A stretch of DNA of 64,000 bases. Origin: Pelotomaculum sp. (GTDB lineage Bacteria > Bacillota > Desulfotomaculia > Desulfotomaculales > Pelotomaculaceae). The stretch lies in assembly GCA_030627625.1 (NCBI GenBank), contig DAOURR010000003.1, forward strand, positions 28,669 to 92,668, written 5' to 3'. The stretch's first letter is position 1. Each line of letters starts with the position of its first letter. This document shows, piece after piece, positions 56,258 through 64,000 of this stretch. A model generated the notes under the pieces. That model saw only the letters and a list, made by a program, of their open reading frames with translations. It was not told the DNA's origin and made no database searches. The position numbers and the translations under genes were made by a program.

Positions 56258-56311
56258 ATTCAACTCATAATAAATCCTTTACATAATCGTGTTCTATTTG
56301 GCAATTTTTAC

Positions 56312-56340
56312 TTGAAAACATTATTACAGAGGGGTATACT
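56312..56340 (+). promoter_or_regulatory. Candidate sigma-A promoter for the lipoprotein gene
   Basis: TTGAAA (56312-56317), 17 nt, TATACT (56335-56340). Confidence 0.5.
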
Positions 56341-56414
56341 TTTTAAAACGAATTATTTGGTTGATTGTAACAAGTTGTGATTAATATGGAAAAATTTTAA
56401 AGGAGGGGTCTGTT

Positions 56415-57110
56415 ATCGTTTTTCGAAGCATTAAAGCAAAAAATAACATCGTTCCGTTACTGTTAGCTTTACTCCTGGTTGTTTTGCTTACCGGTTGTGG
56501 AGGTAAAACTCAAAAGGCAGCAGACAACGGGCAGCCGGCATCGAAAGCCGATCCGGTTCCGGCCGAACAACTTATTTCCAAAGGTAAAAATGTGGACGGT
56601 TTTTCCTATGATTATGTTCTGACCATGCCCGACGGTACAAAGATGACTCATAAAGTTTGGGTTGAGAGCGGCAACATGCGCAGCGAGATGAGCAATCCGG
56701 CCGGCGGAGAGCCTACCCTGGCCATTGTTAATATGACTGAGAAAGCAATTTATCTTTACCAGCCATCAATGAATCAAGCGACCAAAATGCCAATCGAGCA
56801 ATCAGAGGTTGATACAACTTCACCAAAAGATTACCTGGGGGAAGCAGAACCCTCATCAATGCTGTATATGACGAGAGAAACCTTTGATGGTAAAGACTGC
56901 CTGGTTTATGAAACAAACACCGATGGCGTCAAAGGGAAAATGTGGATTTGGGAAGAGTACGGGATGCCGCTGAGGGTTGAATCACAAAGCGGCGGAGATA
57001 AAGTGGTCGCTGAATTCCTCAACTTTAAAATTGGAGACATAGACGATTCTTTATTCAGATTGCCTGAAGGCACAAAAATCACTGATTTCAGCGCTATGTT
57101 TCAACAGTAA
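56415..57110 (+). CDS. Lipoprotein (LolA-like/DUF4367-like fold guess) with a probable non-canonical ATC start
   Basis: The track ORF starts at TTG 56484 (MLTGCGG), inside the lipobox. The frame is open from 56385 and encodes (I)VFRSIKAKNNIVPLLLALLLVVLLTGC, a complete lipoprotein signal peptide. ATC at 56415 lies 8 nt after AGGAGG. Confidence 0.65.
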   Translation: MVFRSIKAKNNIVPLLLALLLVVLLTGCGGKTQKAADNGQPASKADPVPAEQLISKGKNVDGFSYDYVLTMPDGTKMTHKVWVESGNMRSEMSNPAGGEPTLAIVNMTEKAIYLYQPSMNQATKMPIEQSEVDTTSPKDYLGEAEPSSMLYMTRETFDGKDCLVYETNTDGVKGKMWIWEEYGMPLRVESQSGGDKVVAEFLNFKIGDIDDSLFRLPEGTKITDFSAMFQQ

Positions 57111-57114
57111 GCTT

Positions 57115-57159
57115 AAAAAAGAGCTTCCCTGAAGTAAATCGATGGAAGCTCTTTTTTTT
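57115..57159. terminator. Bidirectional terminator between convergent genes
   Basis: AAAAAAGAGCTTCC (57115-57128) pairs with GGAAGCTCTTTTTT (57144-57157). Confidence 0.85.
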
Positions 57160-57178
57160 CTAATACTCATTAGTCGCT

Positions 57179-58324
57179 TTAATTTTCATTGCCCAATTTC
57201 CTTTCCTTTGTTAATTGATTATAGCCGCAGTCTCCATATGGCTGCAGCTTTTCAAGCCACTTTGCCTCTAGCTTTTTTAGCTCCTCCCGCCTGTCAAAAT
57301 AACCCTCTTCCTTTTCCTCTAAAACCTCCAGCACTTCAAATACAAAGGCTTCCGCGCCAAATTGCTTCCATTCCTTCTGGAGTTCTTTATTCATAAATCC
57401 GCCCATCCGTCTTCCGTTTATGGTTTTTAAATTTGGAGTGGCAACCAGAAGTATCTTCTGGTTTACTGTATTCCTGACCTGGTAAACTCCAGCTTCTGTT
57501 TTCATCTCTTTATACTGTTCTTTTAATTCTTTTTTCCGATCCATGTCTTCTTCCTCCGTTCCATTTGAATCCCCTGTCAGCCAGTACCGGCTGCCATCCG
57601 GTTTTCTTTCCATAAATCCATACTCGATCAAATACCTTCGCAATGTGGCAGAATCATCATGGGCCGTTTTCAATATTTCGTTAACTACCTTCTCATTATA
57701 AAATCTTTTTGCTTCGAATCTCTTTGCTATTTCCCTTAAAACGATCAGTTTGCTTTTTTCTTTCATATCTAAAGTTTTTAATGGGCCGTCCGCACCATCA
57801 GGGAAATATTTTTTGATAATTTTTTCGCTTTCTTCCTGTGTGATATTGTAACGGTCATCTATCTTCCCGGCCGTTTTATGCGGAGGCAAATATCCCGGCG
57901 AACGCTTATTCTTATCCTTTAAAAGTTCCATCAGCGCCAGAAACACTTTGGCCTGTCGTTCTTTCTCCTTTAATACAAAACGGTGATTGCGGATCGTGGA
58001 TGCGCTGCCGATGCCCATTTCCTTTTGTACTTCTACATCGCTCTTTCCCAGGTAAAATAGCTGGAGGAGACTTTTCTGATGGTCTGTAAGGCCTGTAAGT
58101 CTTTTGTCCAGATTGATCAAGTGCTCAAATACTGATTCATGTTCCCTCTCAATATGGACACGCATATATCTTCCGGCTTCGAAGAGCATGCCTTCCTCGG
58201 GATAGACAATCCCCTTTTCAATCTTTTTATTACAGAGCAGACACATATAATAATCCTCTTCTTCAATATACCCGTTTTTGAGTTCCTCTGGTGAAGCTTT
58301 CCAAAACAGGTCTGATGTTTTCAT
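57179..58324 (-). CDS. Multidomain regulator: Cys/His-containing N-terminus, LuxR/sigma-70-region-4-like HTH, DUF2087-like domain, C-terminal GIY-YIG nuclease-like domain
   Basis: LTDHQKSLLQLFYLGKSDVEVQKEMGIGSASTIRNHRF (HTH); KVVNEILKTAHDDSATLRRYLIEYGFMERKPDGSRYW (DUF2087-like); GVYQVRNTVNQKILLVATPNLKTINGRR...FVFEVLE (GIY-YIG-like). Confidence 0.65.
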   Translation of the reverse strand: MKTSDLFWKASPEELKNGYIEEEDYYMCLLCNKKIEKGIVYPEEGMLFEAGRYMRVHIEREHESVFEHLINLDKRLTGLTDHQKSLLQLFYLGKSDVEVQKEMGIGSASTIRNHRFVLKEKERQAKVFLALMELLKDKNKRSPGYLPPHKTAGKIDDRYNITQEESEKIIKKYFPDGADGPLKTLDMKEKSKLIVLREIAKRFEAKRFYNEKVVNEILKTAHDDSATLRRYLIEYGFMERKPDGSRYWLTGDSNGTEEEDMDRKKELKEQYKEMKTEAGVYQVRNTVNQKILLVATPNLKTINGRRMGGFMNKELQKEWKQFGAEAFVFEVLEVLEEKEEGYFDRREELKKLEAKWLEKLQPYGDCGYNQLTKERKLGNEN

Positions 58325-58501
58325 TCATAAACACATCCTTGTTTTGATTGTATATTTATAAACATATTATTATTTTGTTTTAATTCTGTCAACCGTCAGG
58401 ATCAAAAAACTGCACTTTTCACTTGGCGCCGCGCCTACAACGTCATTTATTACTTTTTGTCTTCTTCGGCGACTGGCTTCGGCCTAATCCGCACCCGCAA
58501 A

Positions 58502-58543
58502 AGAAAAAGACTTCCCGCCATTAAACGCGGGAAGTTTTTTCTT
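58502..58543. terminator. Orphan terminator-like hairpin between divergent genes
   Basis: ACTTCCCGC (58510-58518) pairs with GCGGGAAGT (58527-58535), flanked by AGAAAAAG and TTTTTTCTT. Confidence 0.6.
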
Positions 58544-58641
58544 GTTAGTGTTTATTATTTAAGAAAATATTAAGATTTTAAAATATGTCAGTTAAGAAAT
58601 GGATCGTATTATTGTAAAAACAACAACAAGGAGGTCTTCAC

Positions 58642-60270
58642 ATGAAGAACAAATGGTTCGCGGCATTCGGAATTTTAATGCTTCTTTTTGTCTTTACGCT
58701 TTCCCCGGCGTCCTATGCTGCCACACCTGTCAAATTGATTATTAACGGGCAGGAGATTTTACCGGACGTGACCCCGCAAATTATGGAGGGACGGGTTATG
58801 GCGCCTGTCAGGTCAATTGCGGAAGCGTTAGGGGCAAGTGTAGAGTGGGACAATGACTCAAGAACCGTTACTGTAACAACTAAAACTGAAGACATTAAGA
58901 CGGATCAAGATTTAATCGCTGGTATCTGGCAGGGGACCCTGGCGTTTAGCGGACAAGAGATCAGAATTGTATTCCAGATCACCTCAAACGCTGATGGCAC
59001 TCTAACTGCCGCCATGGATAGCCCCGATCAGGGAGCCATGGGCTTACCTGCCGATAAGGTGACTTTCGAGAATGGAAGCGTGTACTTGGAAGTGAATTCC
59101 GGTTTTATAATTTATGAAGGCAAAATGAATGAAGACGGGCTATCTATCGAAGGGTTGCTGAAAGAGCCTAAAATGGGAGTATCCCTGCCTCTTATGCTGA
59201 ACCGGGTTGATCAGGCGCCTGGCCTGAACAGGCCTCAGGAACCGAAAGCGCCCTATCCCTATGATGAAGAAGAAGTAGTCTACGAAAATGAACAGGCCGG
59301 CATTAAACTGGCCGGCACACTGACCCTCCCACGCTCGGAAGGACCACATTCGGCCGTGCTGCTCATCACCGGCTCCGGCCCCCAAAACCGGGATGAGGAG
59401 GTATTTGGACACCGTACCTTTTGGGTGCTGGCAGACTATCTGACACGCCAGGACATTGCCGTGCTACGGGTGGATGACCGCGGCGTGGGCGGTTCAACCG
59501 GTGATTTTTCCAAGTCGACCAGCGAAGATTTCGCAGGTGACGTGCTGGCCAGTGTTGAATTCTTAAAGAGCCGTAAAGAAATTAACCCTGAACAAATCGG
59601 ACTTGTCGGCCACAGTGAAGGAGGTATGATTGCCCCGATGGCGGCAGCCCAATCTCTCGATGTGGCTTTCATTGTAATGATGGCGGGACCCGGCCTGCCC
59701 GGGGCGGAGCTCCTGCAGCTGCAGGCAGCCCTAATCCACAGGGCAATTGGTGTGAGTGAAGAAACCATAGCTATCAACAGCGCCCTGCAGGAACAGGTAT
59801 TTACCGTTGTCAAACAGGAAAAAGACAGGGAAACTGCCGAAAAGAAACTGCGGGAGTTAATCACAAACGAAGTGGAAAAAATGAGTGAAAAGGATAAAGA
59901 GGTGCTTGGCTATTCGTCCCCGGAAAGCATTGAAGCAGAGATCCAGCAAGTGTTATCGCCATGGCTGAGCTACTTTATTACCTACGACCCAAGGCCGGCT
60001 CTCACGCAAGTTAAAGTCCCCGTACTGGCAATCAACGGGGAAAAGGATTTGCAGGTGCCGCCAAAAGAGAACCTCAGCGCCATTGAAGAGGCTCTTAAGG
60101 CCGGCGGGAACAAACACTATACTATTTTGGAGCTGCCCAATCTAAATCACCCGTTTCAAACCGTGACAAGCGGTTCGGGCCTGGATTATGCACAAATTGA
60201 AGAAACCATTTCACCGGAAGCACTGAAGGTCATGGGCGACTGGATCCTTAAACAGACTAGTGACTTATAA
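58642..60270 (+). CDS. Secreted alpha/beta hydrolase with an N-terminal copper-amine-oxidase-N-like domain
   Basis: Signal peptide, VKLIINGQEI...GRVMAPVRSIAEALGASVEWD...RTVTV, then the nucleophile elbow GHSEGG and a hydrolase-length C-terminal region. Confidence 0.8.
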   Translation: MKNKWFAAFGILMLLFVFTLSPASYAATPVKLIINGQEILPDVTPQIMEGRVMAPVRSIAEALGASVEWDNDSRTVTVTTKTEDIKTDQDLIAGIWQGTLAFSGQEIRIVFQITSNADGTLTAAMDSPDQGAMGLPADKVTFENGSVYLEVNSGFIIYEGKMNEDGLSIEGLLKEPKMGVSLPLMLNRVDQAPGLNRPQEPKAPYPYDEEEVVYENEQAGIKLAGTLTLPRSEGPHSAVLLITGSGPQNRDEEVFGHRTFWVLADYLTRQDIAVLRVDDRGVGGSTGDFSKSTSEDFAGDVLASVEFLKSRKEINPEQIGLVGHSEGGMIAPMAAAQSLDVAFIVMMAGPGLPGAELLQLQAALIHRAIGVSEETIAINSALQEQVFTVVKQEKDRETAEKKLRELITNEVEKMSEKDKEVLGYSSPESIEAEIQQVLSPWLSYFITYDPRPALTQVKVPVLAINGEKDLQVPPKENLSAIEEALKAGGNKHYTILELPNLNHPFQTVTSGSGLDYAQIEETISPEALKVMGDWILKQTSDL

Positions 60271-60370
60271 ACCTTTCATTCACCATGAGTTGACGGCTTA
60301 TAAATATAAGTGAGCCTTGGGTTCGGAAGGGGTTATTCCCCTACCAAACCCTTAGAGCGAACTTTATGTT

Positions 60371-60435
60371 GGGGACATTCCTCCGACCCTAAAGACATGC
60401 TTCAAAGAGAGGTGTGTCCCCTTTCCTTAATCTTT
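60371..60435 (+). terminator. Candidate terminator after the hydrolase gene
   Basis: GGGGACA (60371-60377) pairs with TGTCCCC (60415-60421), with inner CCTC/GAGG pairs, followed by TTTCCTTAATCTTT. Confidence 0.45.
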
Positions 60436-60554
60436 ACAGCCTGTTTATCCCCGACCTTCAAGAACGCAGTCTTACAGGCTGTTAACGAGATAAAGATATC
60501 CACCCTGGGGGAGGCCGCTCCTCCGGGGTCTGACATAGAGAGAAGGGATTATTT

Positions 60555-61253
60555 TTGAGTGCTAAAATATTAGTGGTAGATGATGAGACAGAAATTGTGG
60601 ACCTCCTCTCCGATTACCTTGCAGCCGAAGGTTACAGCGTAACTGTTGCCTCAAATGGCCGGGAGGCCCTGGAAAAAGCAAAGAAGGAAAAACCCGACCT
60701 GGTGATACTGGATATAATGATGCCGGGCCTGGATGGATTTGAAGTCTGCCGCGCACTCCGGGCATATTCCAATATACCCGTTATCATGCTAAGCGCCAAA
60801 CAGCAGGAAGGCGACAAAATACTGGGACTTGGCCTTGGCGCCGACGATTATATCGCCAAGCCCTTCCGCCCCCGCGAAGTTGTCGCCCGTGTCAAGGCGC
60901 AGCTCCGGCGGGCAACTGTACTGGCGGGAAGCAGCAATCAGGATGATGTGCTGCGTTTCCCCGGACTTGAAATTTATCTCAAAGAATACCGGGTGGTGGC
61001 CGGCGGAAGGGAGATCCTCCTTCAGACAAGGGAATTTGAGTTGTTAAGGTTTATGGCGCTTAATAAGAGGCAGGTTTTAAGTAAGGAACTGCTTTTTGAG
61101 AAGGTTTGGGGCGAGGAGTATCTGGGAGACCCCAATACTCTATCCGTTCATATCAGGCGCCTCAGGGAAAAAATTGAGGAGGACCCGGGCCGGCCCAGAT
61201 ATATCAAGACAATTTGGGGCGCGGGGTATAAATTTGAAGGTGACCCGCTATGA
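60555..61253 (+). CDS. OmpR-family response regulator
   Basis: Receiver domain ILVVDDE...[14 protein letters not shown]...SAK, winged-helix output ([13 protein letters not shown]...IKTIWGAGY). TTG start. Confidence 0.93.
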   Translation: MSAKILVVDDETEIVDLLSDYLAAEGYSVTVASNGREALEKAKKEKPDLVILDIMMPGLDGFEVCRALRAYSNIPVIMLSAKQQEGDKILGLGLGADDYIAKPFRPREVVARVKAQLRRATVLAGSSNQDDVLRFPGLEIYLKEYRVVAGGREILLQTREFELLRFMALNKRQVLSKELLFEKVWGEEYLGDPNTLSVHIRRLREKIEEDPGRPRYIKTIWGAGYKFEGDPL

Positions 61254-62686
61254 GCTTAAAAACCGGTTTCGGCATAAGAACAAAATTGATCGTTGCTTTT
61301 ATCCTTACCATTACTCTACCCATCGGGACATTGGCAGGCTTTTATTTTCTATCCATGAAACATGTCGCCCTAAACACCCAGGCCAAAATAGTCATGCCCG
61401 AATTTGTCACGGGAATAGCCGGAAATATCGAGAGCGAATATTTAAAAACAGGGAGTTTAAGAAATGCTTCAGCCGTTCTCAATGATTTTGAATTGCCACC
61501 CGGCGGACGAATTGAAGTACTTAACGCAGACGGCATGATTGTTTACGATACAGATGGAGCCAGCGCGGGAATAAAATTATCCTACCCGGAATTCACCAGA
61601 ATAGTAACAACTCCCTCCAATGTTCCCAGGGAACAGCTAAATGAAACAAGAGATACTATATTGGCCCCTTTAACTGTCAACGGTACTGATATAGGCGTGG
61701 TATTGATTTCTTTTCCCAGGAACGTGGCCCTGGAGCCTATCATGAAATTTCTTACCATTACCGGACTGGCCGGCGCAGGTACCGCTGTACTGGTAATCAC
61801 CCTGTTGGGGTGGCTGCTTTCAAAAGGAATTATTTTTCCACTACAAAAATTGGTAACTGCCACCGAGAAAATATCCCAGGGAGAATTTGACGCCGGAGTT
61901 GAAGTGAAAAGCAAGGATGAGTTGGGCCGTTTGGCTTCAGCCTTCAACCGGATGGTGGAAGATTTGAAAAACGCCCGGGAGAAGGAGAAGTCCCTGGAAT
62001 ATTCCAGGCGGGAACTGGTAGCCAACGTTTCCCACGACCTCAGAACGCCCCTTTCTTCCATCCGGGGATATGTGGAAGGCCTGATGGACGGGGTGGCTGC
62101 GGATCCTGAAAAAACCAGGCGGTACCTGGAAGTTATTCACGAAAAAGCACTCAGCCTTGAAAGGATGATTAACGACCTTTTTGAGCTGTCACAGCTTGAA
62201 GCCGGCCAGCTCAAGATGGAGTTTGTCAAAGTAAATGCCGGGGAAATGCTAAAGGAACTATGCGAGATATTCAGCAGGGACGCGGCAATAGCGGGTCTTT
62301 CTTTCAATTACCGCCCGGCTGGGAGCCTCCCTTTTGTTAATGTTGATCCAGGCAGAATTGAGCAGGTAATGGTAAACCTGCTTCAAAATTCCTTCAGGCA
62401 CACTGGCCAGGGTGGAGAAGTTTCCGTTAAGGCGGAAGTTGCGGAAGGGGAAATTTTTATTTCTGTACAGGACAATGGGGAAGGCATCGATCCTGAGGAC
62501 CTTCCCCATGTCTTCGACCGGCTCTTTACAGGAGAAAAATCCCGGTCCAAAATTAAAGGCGGCACGGGCCTGGGCCTTGCTATCGCAAAGGAAATTGTCC
62601 ATGCTCATGGCGGGCGGATATGGGCCAAAAGTGAAAAAGGCCGGGGCAGCACCTTTAATTTCACCCTTCCCATACTGGAAAACTGA
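61250..62686 (+). CDS. Sensor histidine kinase (two TM helices, HAMP, HisKA, HATPase_c)
   Basis: H-box [16 protein letters not shown]-box LLQNSFRH, G-boxes DNGEGI and [12 protein letters not shown]. Overlaps the response regulator gene by 4 nt. Confidence 0.93.
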   Translation: MSLKTGFGIRTKLIVAFILTITLPIGTLAGFYFLSMKHVALNTQAKIVMPEFVTGIAGNIESEYLKTGSLRNASAVLNDFELPPGGRIEVLNADGMIVYDTDGASAGIKLSYPEFTRIVTTPSNVPREQLNETRDTILAPLTVNGTDIGVVLISFPRNVALEPIMKFLTITGLAGAGTAVLVITLLGWLLSKGIIFPLQKLVTATEKISQGEFDAGVEVKSKDELGRLASAFNRMVEDLKNAREKEKSLEYSRRELVANVSHDLRTPLSSIRGYVEGLMDGVAADPEKTRRYLEVIHEKALSLERMINDLFELSQLEAGQLKMEFVKVNAGEMLKELCEIFSRDAAIAGLSFNYRPAGSLPFVNVDPGRIEQVMVNLLQNSFRHTGQGGEVSVKAEVAEGEIFISVQDNGEGIDPEDLPHVFDRLFTGEKSRSKIKGGTGLGLAIAKEIVHAHGGRIWAKSEKGRGSTFNFTLPILEN

Positions 62687-62884
62687 CAGTTCCGGTAACC
62701 CAAATATGACTGGCTCTGAGACAAATATTAATCTTTCCTGAAAATCGCTCCTATGGATTAGAGAATCTCATGGGGCGGTTATTTTTTTGTGTAACTCAAA
62801 ATTTATATTGACATAATGTTTGTTATAACATATATTATGAATAAGACGTGGCCGCGTTAAAATTTTAGTTTGGGGGTTAAAAGT

Positions 62885-63850
62885 ATGAATATTTTTTCGA
62901 AGATTTTAGCCGTTGTTGTTTTGGCCTTTGTCGTTTTGAACATTGTCCTGGTAGCCCGGTTTTACGTGGGAAAGAAAAACATTGCTGTGAACAACCGCGA
63001 GATGACACAACATAATATTGACCTTGCACCGGTAGAACATTTAACAGTTCTCCCCATAGTAGATCTGCTGGCTGAAAGTGAAAATTATAAAACTGAACCG
63101 GGAACATCCTTTCTCATTAAGACAGATAATGATAGTATTCTGTTTGACGTTGGTTATAACATAAAACAAGAGGAAATTTCACCTTTAATACACAATTTAA
63201 ATGAATTGAATATCAGCCTGGACGATATAGACGCTTTGGCTATCAGCCACAACCATGCTGACCATGTCGGGGGCTATTGCTTCCGGGATAAGAGGGTGGA
63301 GCTAACCAGGGGCAAAGTTGACCTGAACGGCAAAGCAATTTTTACACCGGTACCCATGACCTGCGAGACGGCTGTAGCCAGGACAATTGACCGGCCAACA
63401 CTTATCACTAAAAACATTGCCAGTACCGGGCCGTTAGCTGAGCAGATGTTTATCCCCGGTAAACTTAACGAACAATCATTACTGGTAAATGTTAAAGGGA
63501 AAGGTTTGGTGCTGATTTCGGGCTGCGGGCATCCCGGTATCGTTACCATGGTTGAGGCGGCTCAAAAAATAACCGGCATTCCCGTTTATGCGGTTGTTGG
63601 AGGTCTGCACCTGTATTACACCCAGCCCAAGGCAGGATTTTGGGGCAATATCTTTGGCAGCAGTAAATTATACTGTGGGACCCCCAGCCAAAAAGAAGTG
63701 GCAAATATTATTGATGAGCTTAAGCAACTAGGAGTTAAAAAAGCATTTATATCTCCACATGATGCTGACCAACCCACATTAGAGATATTTGCAGACAAGT
63801 TTGGCCCGGATTTCGAAGCACTTAAAGTAGGCTGGCCGGTCACATTCTAA
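62885..63850 (+). CDS. MBL-fold metallo-hydrolase with an N-terminal membrane anchor
   Basis: ISHNHADHVGG (HxHxDH motif) and GCGHPG. ATG at 62885. Confidence 0.85.
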   Translation: MNIFSKILAVVVLAFVVLNIVLVARFYVGKKNIAVNNREMTQHNIDLAPVEHLTVLPIVDLLAESENYKTEPGTSFLIKTDNDSILFDVGYNIKQEEISPLIHNLNELNISLDDIDALAISHNHADHVGGYCFRDKRVELTRGKVDLNGKAIFTPVPMTCETAVARTIDRPTLITKNIASTGPLAEQMFIPGKLNEQSLLVNVKGKGLVLISGCGHPGIVTMVEAAQKITGIPVYAVVGGLHLYYTQPKAGFWGNIFGSSKLYCGTPSQKEVANIIDELKQLGVKKAFISPHDADQPTLEIFADKFGPDFEALKVGWPVTF

Positions 63851-63875
63851 AAGACGAGAGGAAAGAGGCAGGTTA

Positions 63876-64000
63876 ATGTATTTAAGAGTTAAAAAGGACA
63901 GTGTTACCAGTATTCTTCTCTTCATCTTTAACGTGTTCTTGGTGGAACGGGGAATAAACTCCGTTCCACTCAAGAAAATATTCAGGCTTCTCGAACCTTT
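63876..64000 (+). CDS. Possible start of a further gene, truncated by the window end
   Basis: ATG at 63876 after GAAAGAGG. The frame stays open to the window end (MYLRVKKDSVTSILLFIFNVFLVERGINSVPLKKIFRLLEP). It is too short to judge. Confidence 0.25.
   Translation, partial: MYLRVKKDSVTSILLFIFNVFLVERGINSVPLKKIFRLLEP

Noticed and set aside
60310-60558. 82-aa plus-strand ORF upstream of the response regulator
   Set aside because: It has a GTG start without an SD, runs through hairpin-rich spacer DNA, and has an implausible composition.
1-64000. Search by eye for a CRISPR array, transposase/integrase, prophage, toxin-antitoxin pair, retron/DGR reverse transcriptase or known defence-system signature
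   Set aside because: I recognised none. The repeats present are explained as a microsatellite, domain duplications or hairpin arms. I cannot exclude novel systems among the hypothetical proteins without profile searches.

Overview
This window looks like a spore-forming Firmicute (Clostridia/Peptococcaceae-like), and most genes are on the minus strand. About 1-39.3 kb matches the origin-proximal gene order I recall from Bacillus subtilis. Read on the minus strand, that order is tRNA-Ser, SRP RNA, dnaX, ybaB, recR, bofA, csfB(gin), yaaO-like decarboxylase, tmk, holB, yaaT(ricT), yabA, rsmI, abrB (divergent), metG behind a Met T-box, tatD, yabE, rsmA(ksgA), yabG, ispE, spoVG and glmU. Three lineage-specific blocks interrupt this backbone. 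The first is a 2-oxoacid:ferredoxin oxidoreductase operon with a P-loop protein (32.0-35.6 kb). The second is a sporulation/cell-envelope block (6.6-16.9 kb): L,D-transpeptidase, ZIP transporter, a second YbaB paralog with a disordered partner, DUF3794/LysM SipL-like proteins, a triple-CAP secreted protein and an S1-like protease. The third is a GntR / NTP-transferase / GNAT-like / LCP-like / ilvA block (0.9-5.5 kb). From 39.6 kb on the content is accessory and looks more AT-rich by eye. It holds msrAB, a DEAD-box helicase, a TetR-MFP-RND efflux operon (RND gene frameshifted), MscS, HelD, secreted copper-amine-oxidase-N-domain proteins, an HTH-DUF2087-GIY-YIG fusion, an OmpR/HK pair and an MBL hydrolase. 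I found no CRISPR array, transposase, integrase, prophage or recognisable defence system. The most interesting signals are RNA-level. One is a c-di-AMP (ydaO-class) riboswitch whose internal helix is expanded into a ~97-nt stem built from heptanucleotide repeats. Another is a second heptad-repeat hairpin between two cistrons. There are also orphan hairpins in divergent intergenic regions, one of which is a candidate antisense sRNA next to helD. Further oddities are two homopolymer frameshifts, a lipoprotein gene with no canonical start codon, and a YbaB-paralog module. All calls come from reading the sequence and translations by eye; no searches were run.
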